In this document: positions 45,585 to 60,900 of the stretch, one piece after another
Layout of the letters: every line of letters begins with the position of its first letter
Numbering within the stretch: the stretch's first letter is position 1
Origin: Trichoplax sp. H2
Taxonomy: Eukaryota
Length of the DNA stretch: 64,000 nt
Direction: 5' to 3'
Assembly: GCA_003344405.1 (NCBI GenBank)
Contig: NOWV01000123.1
Span: forward strand, 62,001 to 126,000
Program-made: the position numbers and the translations under genes
Notes under the pieces: generated by a model
Database searches by the model: none
Seen by the model: only the letters and a program-made list of their open reading frames with translations
Told to the model about the DNA's origin: nothing

Positions 45585-48500
45585 ATGGCTTCTCCATCTT
45601 CTTCATCATCTTCATTGTAAGTTGACCATTGCTGCATGCCCATTTTAGTCTGTAGTCTATTTTATGCAAGGTTAATTACTACTTGGGTTTGGTAGTCTTT
45701 AATGGACACTGGACATATCACACGATTGTACCGTACACGCTATAGAGTTGGAGGGTTAATTCATTGTTGTAAGATGCAGTCTGCCACTGTCGCAATTTTT
45801 GTTCAATGATGATATATTTCATGGCCGTATTTCATCCTATTCTAGGTTAGATACGATCTACAAAGATCGTTATGAATGATACTAATAGAGCGATTGTGTG
45901 AACTCCACTCATTGCATACTGTTGACGTTAAATGAAAGGTGGAAATCATTCCATTTTACTGCTAGTATCCTAGTCTACCCGAGTCAATGTCATTTGCCAC
46001 TGCCTTTCACTTGAAGAAAATAAATAAAAAAATGAAATCGCTTTTACACTTTCTTCAGAGTTAATCTACATGCCTGCTAGAATAGAATACTTGGGCCTTA
46101 TATTATGCAGATAATAGACTATACAACAGTAGAAACGAAATGACAGTTCAGTGTCGTTTTGATGTCCTGTCTATTAACCAATGATAAAAATAAAATTTAG
46201 CCTATTATTCCTGATAACTAGTCAAGAATTTTAACCATCATAACATCATAATGGACGATAATCATTATAATAATACTTTATCGTGGTTAAATTAATAAAT
46301 ATCGTAATCTGATAGTTTACATCAACATTCCTTCAAAATTTTCTTGCAATGAGTTTAATTCTACCAATTATAATTATCAATTTGAATCATGTTAGGCATA
46401 GAATTGTTGAAAAGGCTTGTTTATCATGACTGGTTGCCGGCATTTGACCAGACAGATAATAGTATGATATTATCTATCTGCCCTGTGCAGTATGAGACAC
46501 CCTTTCCCCTTCACGGTCAAATTAGACAAGGACAGAACTGTATAAGCAGGATCGTCCATTAATTAATTATTAATTCTTTGACTTTCGCCAGTAAAACTCA
46601 ATCTGTCTAATCTGGAATGGGCGTTGAATATTGGACGTGTATCTACTGTAATATCCAAGTAGGAAGGTTTTCTCTACTATTAGCGTAGTACTTACTGTAT
46701 TAGGTTAGACTTGACTAACTTTCAAAGATATTATTTTTAGTTGAATCGCAATCTCGATTAATGGAAATCGAAGGACAATGCCCTAACTCTTTTCTTTTCA
46801 AAGGCTTATGATTGCATATTTTACTAGCTGTTGTAGTGTTTATTTATACGTTATTCGAGCATAGAATAAAAGGATGTGCTGTTGTGATCGAGAGATATCA
46901 TACTGTAGAATAAAAAATTCAATGATAATTATAGATTGATAGTTTGACTCATGTAGATAGAATAGATATTCAATATCGTAGTACTGTACAATATAATGAA
47001 AAACTTTAGCCTTGACGCTCTACATCATGGATGATAGTTTTTTAGTTTTAAAAGTTTATCGTACTACTTTCTTGCTACCTCATCTACCTTATCTAACTTA
47101 TCATTCATCACGATGCGACTACAGTATTTTTATCAAATGCACTTTCTCTCTGTTCATCGTGTATAGAGAACACTTGGGAGATCATAAGAGTTTATGGAAA
47201 TGAATCTGTTACATTGAGCTATGGATGATTAGAGAGGTCTACTAGTATATAGTATACTGCCTCATGATCATTTCATCATTTGAATTAGCGTAAAATGTCT
47301 TCATCATCAGCAATTAATGACTCATTTGATAATCATTATTAATGACGGGCGCGGATACTGTATATGGATACCCTTTAATGGGCTAACTTTCATCTTAGGA
47401 AAACGATGGAGTTCTTAATTTTATTCCAAGTGTTGTCCACCAACTGTTAATAACGATGCACTATGCAGCATACTTGTATCCTACTATTACAGTAATGATA
47501 ATTATTATTACAGGGGTAATTTTGCCAACAGTGTTATCGTGATCAAGCCGACTTTTACACTAAATTTTCTTTATAATTGTTTAAAAGTTGGAAAAAAATT
47601 TGGATCAAGCGTATTAGTCTAATGCACTTGATCCAAAAATTGAATGTCCTAAATGTATCAGACTGAACGTGAGCATCCTTTCCTTGTTTGTATATTTACT
47701 CTAATAGTATAGCACTATTATTTCGACAATAACTTAATCAATTCGAGGTAGGAATTACAGATTGGTAATTCCCACTGAAGTAACTGCGTACGGGACGATT
47801 CTATTTCTCCATCCACACTTTCGCTTTCGGAAAGCCAAAGACAGCGCAATCTTAATACTGTTGTGTGGAACTGGATATATTTGCAGATGGATACTACAGT
47901 AGGCGTACAATGTATAGTATGCGAATATCTACAAAAAAATGCATTGCCCGTAGTGAATGAACTTTAGATTTAGTAGACTGATATTATACTGGGTTGATGA
48001 TCTCGATTCGAGAATTTAAAAATAATAAATAAATAGCCTATTGAATATTACTTCCGAACTTTCTTAACGGTTTTTGACGAATAGATGCATTTATTTAAAC
48101 TCTTTTTCAATAGTCTTATATACCATAATGTGAAGTATTAATGAGATTAGTCGCGTTCGTCTGTAGGGATAGGGAAATGCTAATCAATATTCTTAATCAG
48201 TAGAATGTGTCCTAATAATCAACCTCTACGAGTCTTGGTGTACTTGTGGCTAGCTAAAATACGAAAATAATAAATGACACGGTTAACCTTCCACTTCTAC
48301 TGCTTCCTAATCATAGTTATGATAAATAGGATCAAGTTCTTACACTAGATGTCATCCTGTACTTTTTCTATAAAAAATTTGGAGGGTATACGTTTTACAT
48401 AACATAAGTGCGGTATTCTTATGCAATGTAATGAAGCCCGTCTAGAATTAGTCAATGATTTGATATCTTGTGTTTTACTAGTTGACTATTAGATCATGTC

Positions 48501-51500
48501 TGAAATAACACATACTTCACAAATATAAAACAGTCTTTATATCAATAGATAGCAGATAATAAATATTGAGAGGACTAACAATATTTGTGTAATCATATAA
48601 ATTATTCTTTTATAACGTATTATTGTGATTGATCTATTGCTGTACTACTGTATATCGTTCTATATTGTTAAATTTTACAGTTATTCATTGCGATAACTTT
48701 TTTGCGGTGTATTTTAATTGATTCCCAATATACGTAAATTGTAAATGTACGAATTAATGTATAGAAAGGTAGTTCATGTACTGTACGTTAATTATAAATA
48801 ATAGTTCTACTAGTACAGTGACTTTTAGGGGTGTTTACGCTTTGCTGCATTGTTGTGAAATTAGAACAGCAATAGTAAGCTGCCGCTGTACTACTGTTAT
48901 TGACGAGTATACCAAATAGCGCTCAATTTATTGCAATATAACACTTATTTTTAATAAATCTATTTTTTCTTCTTCATTTAGAAATGATAATGAAGATGAT
49001 CTTGATATAACGTTAGAACAAGCTACCCAGGAAACTGCAAGAGCGTTGGATCTATGCTTTAATAACAAATTTAAAGAAGCAGAAATTATGCTGAAGCCAA
49101 GGTTAAACTTGATGATGTGATCGTTTATTCAATAGTCAGTTAATGGATTAGAGTTTTAATTGATGCTAATAATTACTACAGTACTGCATTATGAAATTAG
49201 TTATTATTACAACATTCAATTCATACATAGTTAATTAATTTGGGAGTTATATATTGTTCTAAAGTCATAGTCGATATCGTTCGCCATATCTGATTGGTAT
49301 AACGCACTTAAATTGAATTTTTGTTGTCGAATGGGCAGCACATTAATGAGTCTACTTGTATTCGGCGTAACAATTGCACGTAATGCGCGGTTCCAACTTA
49401 GTAACTCGGTGTAGAGCTATCATCCAGGATTCTAATTACTAAAATTAAGATCAGCCTTACTGTATGTAGCAAATTTTTGCTAACGTGGTGTACGCACATT
49501 CATGGATTGCGGGTAGTAATCATATTCTGTGTATATAGGTATAGCGGTCTGTGGCATAGGTATTTAGCAGAATACATGAGTATTTATAACGTGTGACGTA
49601 TTACCTTTCTTAACAAATTCCAATCTAGAATTAACTAGAGATGGAATTATGTGTGAACGGTGTATTTATCTAACACTTATAATTGCTTGATTTTGTACTT
49701 TTAGTATAGTTATTATCTTATCTAGAAAGTAGCTTTGTATTATTTAGATTACTATAATATTAAAAGTAACTATGAAAGAGATATTGGATAGATTAAAATA
49801 ATGCCTTGCGTTCTCCATGTTTACTTCAATTTTATTTTCGGCGCTGGATTTATTAAACTACTAATTTATTAATTAATAGGTCCGAGACCAGTATGTATCA
49901 TGCTTTAAGTTATGGGACTATAATGAATATACAAGCAATGATGACTTTTCAACAGGTAAGAAATGGTAGCAAAGTCTCTGTTGTTTCAGTTTGCCTATAC
50001 ATCTTATAATATCATTTCAAGTGTACATATGACTAATTTTAGAAGATATTTTTTGTGCGTATAGTTATGTGTATCAATAGTTAACCTTACGGTAAGAAGC
50101 AATTCTCACACCTCTGTATTATATCTTTGTAAGCGGACTCTTTCAAGTACTACTTGAGCGCTGATATAATAACTGCTATAATCTCTGAAGTTTGACTGGA
50201 CTAATTTTATGGACACTATATATTATAGCTGGAAATTTGGCTTAATTTAATCTATAATGGGTTGTTAGTACGACGGAAGGGGTTGAATTATGGAATACCT
50301 AATATCCGCTAGTCATATCGTTATACCGTATTACTCGAACATTTTTAAGTGCATTTTAATGTAGGTGAACATACCCGGAAACACTACCACAAATGTCTTA
50401 GTTTGGTTATTATTCAAATTAGTATATCATTTTTTTTATCGAGATATACTATAGTATTTCGTAAAGCTATTCAATTTATCAACATAGTGCTACGAGTCTA
50501 AAGTCATTTACGATTTGTTAAAGGTTATTGTGGTCCATTTGGTATTATTGTAGTACTGTTACGACCGTTAAATGTATTTTAATTCGTAAAGATATTTTCA
50601 AAGATATTTTACACCGTTTCAAAAAAAATTAATTGGCTAATTAAAGAAGAGCAATATGCCATGATAAAATATAGAGCAAATGCGAATTCGTACGTGTTTT
50701 GACTTGCTGATGCTTCTTAACAAATTATATTATTGTTATTAAGTCTATTACACAATGAAAAATATGTATAAAAATAGAACATTTGTAGCTACAATAGTAT
50801 AATTTCACATTGTATCAAATGTCAACTAGCATATGTCGTAGGTAATTAGAAAACTTTACGTCGAGAGATTTGAACTCTTAAAGATTAATTAATTGGTTTT
50901 TTAATTATTTCGTTGATAAAACCTATATTCGACGAGCTAGCTTATCATAAAAAGATTGTACGATATCATCAGAAGGTTAGATAGATTGTTAAAAGTAGTC
51001 ATACTTGCGTTACAATTAAGTATTAATTAGGTCTTAATGATCAATTTAAGTTTTCATATTCCTTTTATTTCAAGTATTTTCGTTAACTACTCAGGCTTCG
51101 ATGATGCTGTAAATTATTCGTAAAGTGATTAGTTTTTTCTCCAAACAAATAAATTTCTGTTATATTACATTCGCTTGCGCTATTTCTGGTTTTTTACGAA
51201 ACATTTTTGACGTTGACTTGATTGCAGTTTACAAAATTATGTAATGAAACATATGCTTTCTTTGTTAAATATTACTGAGTGTAATAACAGCGGTTACTAT
51301 TATAAATATTAAATTTTAATCCAATATTTTTTGATTATTATATATAATTCAATGGGAAACTCTTACTGGTGATGAATGACGATATTTAGTAATAATTATG
51401 ATGAAATGATGTAATATCGCTATTCCTTAATTGACTAATTCAGGAGGATATAATCTTGGCCAATAAAGTTCTTAAGAGTGCCGTTCGACTTTGCAATAGG

Positions 51501-54500
51501 TAACATATTTTGAATTTCATTATACATTTTTCACCTGCAGTAAGGTTTTGTACTCTGTAAGTTGTAGTTACATGAAGCATATTGGTAACGTAAATATAAA
51601 CTATCAGAGATTGAGTTGAATATAAAATAGGATGTTGCATAATTTGGCTAGTAGATAATGTCTCCGAGCTAGAGTATATCCCTTTAGCAGATAATTATTT
51701 TTGTAGATTTCGTCATAAGGAATCCTTTGTAGGATCTGTTGTTAATATCGCCAGAAAGAAGACATATGAAAATTATTCCGATGGTAACTTTCGTACTAAT
51801 TAGATTGACATTTTCATAATTTACTGTAGCTCTCTGAGGTACTATTTCGCAAAGAAATAGCATCTTGATCAAATACGTTATCAATTTTTGCAAATTTTTT
51901 GATTTGATTACAGTTGAAATTCATGCCGAATTATGTTACGCGGAATGCCTATTACAACGTGCCATACTCACATTTATCCAGGTTTGTCACATCTTGATGC
52001 GTATGAAAAACTTTCGTCGAAATTTGTAGTAATAAATCAAATACCTTTGTCTAAAATATGACTTTGATAGTTTCGTTAACTGCCAAAGTTAAATTTGTTA
52101 TTTTCTTGTCTACTTCATTACCCTTGAATAGGATGAAACCTTAATGAGCTTTATCAAAGGAGGAATTAAAATAAGGAATTGTTATTCATCTTATAAGTAC
52201 GTCTTCAAAGGAATCTATTTTATCGCTTTAATGATTATCTCAAATTAGTTTTGATTGAAATACAATTTTTTCTTCCGTTACGTTTCACAAAATATCAGAT
52301 TTGTGTGTAATAACATGTTAAACTCTGTTTCTATAGGGAGTGTATGCATATTTTGAAAGTCCGTAAAAATGGCACCGACCATAATTTAGATAGCAATTAT
52401 AAGAGCGGTGTCCATCTAGGAATAGGCGCCTTCAATTTGGTAAATAGATGAAGTATAGGCTTGCTAATGTATAGCTGTGGTATTACTTAGATGTTAGGCT
52501 TTTGCTGTCTTCAGAAGTCCAAACTGTTAAATTTGTTCTAGATTATATGTACTCTTGCTACATACTCGATGCTCTTCGGTATACAGTATTAGTATCTCAT
52601 GAGTTTATTCACTTTTGATCTTGTCCTTTTGTCATGGTAGATGATTTCTATGCTTCCGAATCGGATAAAGAGTTTATTAGAACTGATTGGATTCTCAGGG
52701 GATAAGGCGATCTAACTCTAGCAAAATCATTAGCACGCTTTCTACAATAATGCTTAACTAATGGCCGATAAAATGCTGGCTAACGAAGCTGCTATACTAT
52801 ATATTTAGGATTTAGGATTGCGAGAATTAAATTTAGGTTCCAACTGCCATAGCTTGCGCTCACCTCTTTGCTCGATGATAACTGTAACATATCATACGTT
52901 AATAACTTTTGTACTCGGTTAGTGAATCTATTTGCTGCGATATATATAATTTAATTAGCTAACAGATTTAACTGTTTATAATAGCCTAAATGTATTACAA
53001 TAATAATTTACAGCATTGGTAAGTAATGTTTATTTTGCAGCATCATAGCATAAGTCGATAATAATACCGGTCGTATTAACTTGCTTTAGGCACCGGTGAA
53101 GGAGATCTTAACTTTGCTCAAACGGTATTGCAGCCATGTTTAGCAAAATATCCTGAGGTTAGATTCTACTTTTTAGGTTGACAAGACTATGCTAACGACT
53201 AAATTTACGTGATGAAACTTCTTACTTCAAGTTTATTGGAACTTACTATAACTGAGTTATAACTGATCTGCTCTTATCGAATTAAATTGTTAAACCCATA
53301 GGCTGCTCTATTTTTGTATTTTGCTGGTCGACTCCATCTTGTCAAAGGAGATATTGATAAGGTACAACGTTAGCCAGTTATGTTATTGTTTTTCGAGTCT
53401 TACTGGACACTATTCTACTAACTATTTATTTTAAAGAAAGTATAAATTTGGAAATCTAATTATTATTGTATCAGGCCATCGCATATTTTCATGATTCAAT
53501 CAATTCTCAAGATCAATGGAAGCAACTACATCATGTTTGCTATTGGGAACTATTTTGGTGCAGCTGGTCAGATATTTTAATTTAAGATTTATGCTTTCAT
53601 GGCTAACATTTTTCAACGGCTAGTAAATAACACTTTATATCTCTTTTCTTTATTCACACGTAGTTTCAGGTTTGAATGGCGAGAAGCAGCGAATTACGCA
53701 GAAATTTTATACAATGAAAGTAGATGGTCAAAGGTTAGGCCCTGAAATTGATATTCGAGAAATGAATTACATTTCTAATATAATTATGAATTCACGTTCA
53801 AATCTTAAGAAACTAATATTGACATGTCTCTCCTAGGCGATGTATATGTATCAAAAGGCGGCTTGTCTCTCTATGATTCCAGAGGTGCCAGACGAAGAAA
53901 CTCGAGAGTTGTTTTTGTACGTAGCAAATTGATAGATTCTGTGAAAAAGTAATTCTTTTGCATTAGATTCTTTACAAAATTTTTGTTTACAGGAAGGTAC
54001 CATCATTGAAGCAGCGAATTGCTGGAAAGTCGGTTCCGGTGGAGAAATTTGTCATCCGTAAATCACGAAAGTATGTAAACGATCCTAATGGAAAGTTGCC
54101 CTTTCCCGCCGTTGTAAGTAGAAATAACGTTACGTCGAGATATATTATGAATTTGATAGCATACTGAATACTTAAAGTTAAAAGTATGCCTTAATTCTTA
54201 TTGTCGATCTGTAATATCAAGGAATTACTATATGCCTGGAATACGTTCCTAATGATTCGAAGCAATAAAGAAATAATTAAACAATTTTTGGACCTTACCG
54301 AGAATGTCTTAGAAGAGATTGAGAAAACAAGTGGTATGACCATTTATCCACCTAACTGGAAACGTTATCTGCGACATGACTAACATTTTAGCATTAATTA
54401 ACCTAGGGAGTAATAGATTATATGTGGATGAATGGTGCCTAGGAAAGTTAGTACAAGGAGTTTGCTTTCGTTATTTAGAACAAGAAGGTGAAGCGGTTAA

Positions 54501-54980
54501 ATGTTTTGTAGCAATTAAAGAAAGGTATGAAATGCGATAAACGTGTATGTTAATTAACTTATGCAAAAAGTGAATGAGCTAGCAGATTAATTGTTATATA
54601 TACTGTATTGTAATATTGTGACAGGGAAGACGATATAGTTTTAGATCACTACGTTGCTGCATATTCATATGTTGAATGGGCTATGATATACTTCAGTAAT
54701 GGTCAGTACAATCAAGCTAAAAAGAAATTGGAAGAAACAAAGTAAGTTACTGTATATTGTACATTGTACTTTATAACCGTTGTCGCCTTGTGCGTATTTT
54801 TGTATTTTTAAGTTAGAAAGAGCAAAAGAGTGTGCAAGGTTTTTAATGAGTTACTAAAATTTGCTCTATTGCTACAGAAAAAATTACAAGAATTATTCCC
54901 TTGAAAGCCGTTTACATTTCCGTATACATTCTGCTTTAGAACAAATTAAAGCAGTTAAAAACTCTCAAAAAAAGACGTAA
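45585..54980 (+). CDS. TTC39B: Tetratricopeptide repeat protein 39 (TTC39A/B-like, IML2 family), about 20 exons
   Basis: Putative exon 1 at 45585-45616 (MASPSSSSS, phase-compatible), then 48982-49101 (ALDLCFNNKFKEA), 49880-49955 (SMYHALSYGTIMNIQAMMTF), 51444-51499, 51707-51783, 51914-51981 (EIHAELCYAECLLQRAILTFIQ), 52132-52196 (DETLMSFIKGGIKIRNCY), 52337-52439, 52641-52706 (LLELIGFSGDK), 52809-52917, and further exons to a last exon at 54878-54980 (YSLESRLHFRIHSAL). The A versus B paralog cannot be resolved; exon 1 is less certain. Confidence 0.9.
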
Positions 54981-57300
54981 TGTCGTCTTATGTTATCTAT
55001 TATAATCTCTTAAAGGAAAGAAGAATAATAGCGATATACTGCAACATTATCAACTTTCACTTGCTCTTGTAGTACTTGCAGAATTAAACTTGATGTGTCA
55101 GCTGATTGCTTTGTTATTGTGCCATTCTAACTACTTCAGTAACAAATCACACTGCAAGTTAAATAAAATAAGTACATATATATATATTTTTACCGTACGT
55201 TCGTTAACTTGACATAAATCTTAAATCTTAGTGTTACATTGTGCACTACCTGCGTCGCCAACAGATGTTCGCTAGGAAAAATTTCTCAAATTAATGATTT
55301 GCTAAGAAATCTCTATGTAACTAATATCGTAGCAATTAGTGAATATCCTTTTATCGTTAACAAAATTATCATTTCTTTGGCCTACCGAGACGCTTTGTAA
55401 TTAAGATATCACCCTCGAAATTAATTATTGAGTTGTTAGCATAATAAGCAGAGAAGAGTAATGCCTTAATTTGATTATTAGCCCTGATTGATCAAGGTAT
55501 CGGTGCGCTACTAATTTTTGGCAAGGAAAATTGCTATTGCAGCAGTCAGTCAATGTTTTTCTGTTATGACAATATCTAAATTACGTTTTTTCTATTTTTA
55601 AGTCTGAAGCAGTATAATATTGAATTAATTGCATACTCTGTTATAATACCTAAATGAAAGATATGTAAGGGTATCATTACTGAATCATAATTAAAGTTCT
55701 ATTAATTTTCATTTATGAGCTTTTCTGCCAGTATCAAGTCAATTCTCGCGTATATTGTCATTGCTATACTGCTAAAATGCTTTAAAGCTACTTCATAAAT
55801 TCGCTTATTTATACTTTTATTTTGCTTCCTTATGATTTGATTGTTTTCATTTTATTAAGTAACTCACGAGTATAATATGTTAGATTAAGCTGTGATTGTT
55901 GGCCTGAGAATAATTATATGAGAGTGAAGAATTATTAGATTATAGATAGGTTTGTAATGCACTTATGCGTGAAGTTTTGACTATGATGCATTGCTAGCTA
56001 TTACCGACTAGACTATGAATACTTGTTGGTATGATATTGTTCATAATTTATACGTACATAAGGATGTATCATATGATCATATATTACACGTATATATATA
56101 TGTATTTATCAGATGGATGCTTTTATTTCCATGTGCAATAGATTATCCTTCAATTTCTATTATCGATTTGTTGTGTTATATCACTCGTGTATTATTAGGG
56201 TATTTATCGATTTCTAGCCCATCGATGACGTAAAGTATTAAGAAATCAAGATTGATTTCAAAGTATCGTTCTTCGTTATGCCGTTATTAACATCTTGACT
56301 GTAGGATAACAATTGCTGTGGGATGCTGCTATTTCTGTATATATTAACTGTGATTTTAGCAGTTTATTATTTTCTGTTTCGATATGGGATGTTCTTAGTT
56401 GGAAGAACTAATTTATTACGTGTTTGCGGTAACTGATTCCTTGACTGAGGTATTTGTGCTGTAAAAATGGACTGCTTTATTAGAATGTATCAGATACGAG
56501 ATCCATTTAACTGTAGGCGGTGCTCATTAATATGTATCACCTTATTTTAATGGCAAGAAATAATAAAAAAATTATCATTACCATCATGCTACGAAATATG
56601 GTCATAATACTGTTTTATCGATTCACCTTGATTATAGAATGATTTACGAAAAGACATGATTTTGTCATTTTTAATTTCATTAGTACAGTACTGTAGTACG
56701 ACTCGTAACTAATTTTATCCCGTAATCAATAAGTTGTTAGTGTCATTGGAAGGGCATGGATGTGCAATTGTGCATGCATGCATGCAAGGCAAGTGATCCT
56801 TTGTAGCAAAGACGGGAAAATGATCCGAGGCTTGTGAAGTTTCGATTGGAGAGTTAATTTGGGTCATAATCTGTTACGAGTGTATCCCGATTACCATGGA
56901 CTTGCATTCAACCTCGATGGTTGCATTTCAATCATTCTTAGTCCATACTGTAAATAAATTTTAGTTTATACTGCAAAAGTCTCTCCTCTTGGATCTGCAA
57001 TTGAGATATTGAATAACTTGAATACTGTATGGAGTTGTAATTCCACCTTGGATATTATTTTAGTATTTTCTCATTGCAGTACTGTGTAGTATAAAGAAAT
57101 CATTTACGTCAAGTTGGTAGACCATTATAGCAGCTGAAGTGTTTAGTGTTTACCTTACAGTTATCACTATATATACTGTAAGTCATCATGGATTAGTGAA
57201 CCAACTCAAGTTCTTCTTCCTCTAGTAATCCTCTACAGGTTTTGTCGAATCATGCACTGTCATGGCTACAATGCAGTTCTGGCCTAGCGGCCGCGGAACG

Positions 57301-57461
57301 GTACGGTACACTATCGGTCGCGGACCGGTACGGTTCGTAACAGTGTACAGTACCCTGCTCCAGGACTACAGTGTACTCTACAGTCTGTACTGTAGAAAGC
57401 ATTGGATACACTACACTGTACTGTACAGTGTACAGTGTACAGTACACTGACTACGACTGTA
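57301..57461. repeat. TACAG/CTGTA cluster upstream of UBE3C
   Basis: tacactgtactgtacagtgtacagtgtacagtacactg units about 450 nt before the ATG. Confidence 0.8.
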
Positions 57462-57904
57462 GCAGTTTTACTCATTCGTCATCACAATCGAAATTGATTG
57501 ATTGATTCTTTGAAATGCCATTTTGCCCAAGCGAACTTGGAGCTGTGTGGAATCCATTTCCTTTTGCAATCTCCATCCTTCTAAACGATTCAATATCAAC
57601 AGCACTGGATAGTGGCAAGTCTATTTTTGTATAAATAGGATAGTGTAGATTTTATTACTTGGATCAAGAGGAGAATTTTGTTTTCCGGTGACTAGCTTTT
57701 GGACATCGTGGATAGAAAATTGTAGACTAGCGGTTAAAGTAAGACAAAATTTTCAATCAATGACTCTTACCACGATATTACTATTGGTGATTTCAATCGA
57801 TGGAAGACACAACGGAACAGAGTGTTCTTCTATCGTGTTATAGGCTTGAATGTAGACTGGTGATAGAATAATCAATTAACGCTCACTTTTATTTATCCAT
57901 AGGT

Positions 57905-60900
57905 ATGTCGGCGCGATTCGGCTTTCATGGAGATCATCGACCCCAACGAATGGTTACACTTGGAGGTGTTAATAAGACTGTACGTAGAACATAAAGTGAA
58001 GTAAAACTATTATTCAACTTTGCAATATCTTTTCTATGCAGACGTTGACTTTGAGTTCATCCTAATCTCTGCATTTCTTTCGTGGAGTTTTTACTGAAGA
58101 GGGACGAAAATCGGTCTATTTGAATACCTTGTATAGTTTATGATCGATGTGATCTTACAAAGCAATCAGTGCTTTGTAGAAAATAGCGATCGTAAGCTAA
58201 ACTAAATACAGTACAAAGATATGTAATTATCATGAGACCGATGCCAATACTGTCCATGCTATCATGGAGCTGCTATTCGCACTACTGTAATGGCTGCTAC
58301 ATCAAGCTCTATTCTATCACATACACTTCATTTTAAAACTGATTCTGACACCAAACTAATCAACCAATCTGTTGGACTTATTAAAATACTGATAAATATG
58401 GCTCATCCAATACAAAAGGCTGCAGCAGAATCGAGACAAAATCGGCCTACATTCAATACGATGCTGATTGCAATCAGACAAATCTCAATGTCTAATTACT
58501 GTAAATGCTATCTAAATTACCTAACTGTTATTCGTACTACTGATTGCTCGATCACATTTTATTCTGTCTCGTGGAGTTCATCTTAAACTAATTCTTACGC
58601 TGAACTAGCCGACCAATCTACCATATTCATGCATGCAATATTGACAAATGTGGCCAATCCGAAAATGGAAAAGGATAGTACAGTAGCATGTGGAAATATA
58701 CAGTAATCTTGATTTTACTTATAGCATGTCATAATTATTCTTATTTTTGATTTTGACAGTTACTGTATTAATTGCAATGATTACTTATGCATCCTAGTAC
58801 AGTATAGTACTACTTCTACCTGAGTATTCTACCTCTTATCTTGATTGGTACTGTATTTTTAGTTGAAGTACCAGCTATAGCTTGTAATATGAATTGATAG
58901 GATATGTTGATTGATTGTTAGCCAATAGATCGTCCATGTCGTTAAGCTAGACCTTGCGCAAGCTAATCTACAGTTTAAAAGTCACCACCAATGTACCGCA
59001 ACGTTTATGTCTGCAATCGTTCATCGTAGCTATAAATCAAGTAATTAATGATACGCGTACGCGTATATAGCCTTCTAGCTCAGATTTTTCAGTCACCAAA
59101 AGAATTTCTACTTTTGATGTGATACTCAACATCATTAAAGGTGTCAGTTATTGTTCCTGCATAACTATTTAAAACCTGCTAATCGTTCTGGATTGGATTC
59201 AATTTAAAGAGTTAGGCTTGGTGTCTTTTGCTATCAGATATTAATTATACTTTATCCTAATAACAGGTAGAAAGGAATTCGTTTCTTAACCGAACCCAGC
59301 AAGAAAGACGGAAGCGACTGGTATAATATTAATCTATTTGGTCTCTTCTTAATTATTTAATATAAACTACAGCAATCCCACTATGATATTAATAATTAAC
59401 AGATTACATATTAAAAATTGTTGGAGATGTTTTAATAATTGTTTAGAACCAAGTATGCTTTATTCTAAATTACCAGGAACAACGTATGCGTAATGACCAG
59501 GCCAAAAAAATTCAGGCAACCTTTCGCGGTTATGTTGAAAAATTGCGACAGGTTTATAGATTTATTGTCAACTTATCTCGATACAAAATGTTGCCGACTA
59601 TATTGTAGCTAAGCTTATTTGGAAATATTTTACCACTTTTGATCAAGTCTTGCATTCTAAATTTTCACAGCGTACTAAGTATAGGAAAATTTTCGATCAA
59701 TATTTTGCGACTGAAAAATCGATTGACATGCTAAGTTCTAAAGATTTATTTACTTGTACACGATGGCTCTTATTTTATTACGATGCTAAGCAAGATGGTA
59801 ATAGATTGGTAAGATAACATAGATAGCAGTTTAAAATATTGGACTATGCAATGCAGAATGTACGTTTTGTAACTGACGCTACTAAGGTATTAAGGTGTCT
59901 TTTTATCCTTTGCAGCTTTCATTATGCAAATGCTACGTAAAACATAGATTGGAAATTTCCTCTATCCATCACATAAGAAAATTGATTTCTTTTTGCTGCA
60001 TGTAATGATAATATCATTGATTTCAAACCTTTTATCATTGCACAGCACTTCTTTCGATACGTTACTCGACGTTAATTCTAAAAACAAATTTTTTGTTCTT
60101 GGATTAGTTATATCAGCGACAATATTAATTCCAATGAAGGGATCACAATACCGTTACGAATGATAGAAATTTATACAAAAGCAAATACTTATGATAAATT
60201 TCAAGATATTACTCCAGTAGACTGCGTAAATATAGTCAACTCGTATGTAACTCAAAGAGGTGATTATTATAATGGGTTTAAGTATGTTTTTATATAAATA
60301 AATTCGTTCGTGCTTTAATGAATACTTACGAAATAATATTATAGGATTTTTCAAAGCTATGAGAGATTTATTTATACATCGAGTACCTGCAAGCATTGAC
60401 GAAAGCCCCAATCCACCTACTCCAATGGCACAATCCCTCCTCAAATTATTACTTAACGTCATTATTGGAACGTCCGATACATCAGCAGTTTTGTTACAGT
60501 TTTCTAAAATATTTCTATCTGGAACATTCTCACCTCAGATTACGCACTTCTTAGTACCTGCAATATGTGAAGTAGATAGTAGTTTCCCTTTATACCCTCT
60601 AATTGTATCGTTGGTAAAGAATGACCATCTAAAACAATCGAATCGACGGTTCACTTTAACCCCGCAGATTAATATCAGCGGTATAGAATTAGTAATGGAG
60701 CCTACGCCTACACTAGTGTATAATCTATTACAAATTGGAAAATCTAGAAAGGGTAATTATGAATAGTAATTAATGAATCAAAAGATTTGTAAAGGTTGTT
60801 CAACTATTGATACGGCTCATACTGTAATGTTATAATGATTTATGATTTTAGTCAAAACAATGCCATTGGATGTTAAGTTGCGATACTTGCAGGCAATCTA

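Noticed and set aside
47600-47636. Short palindromic hairpin in TTC39 intron 1 (also an 18-bp palindrome at 3856-3873)
   Set aside because: Too short and isolated to assign a function or element.
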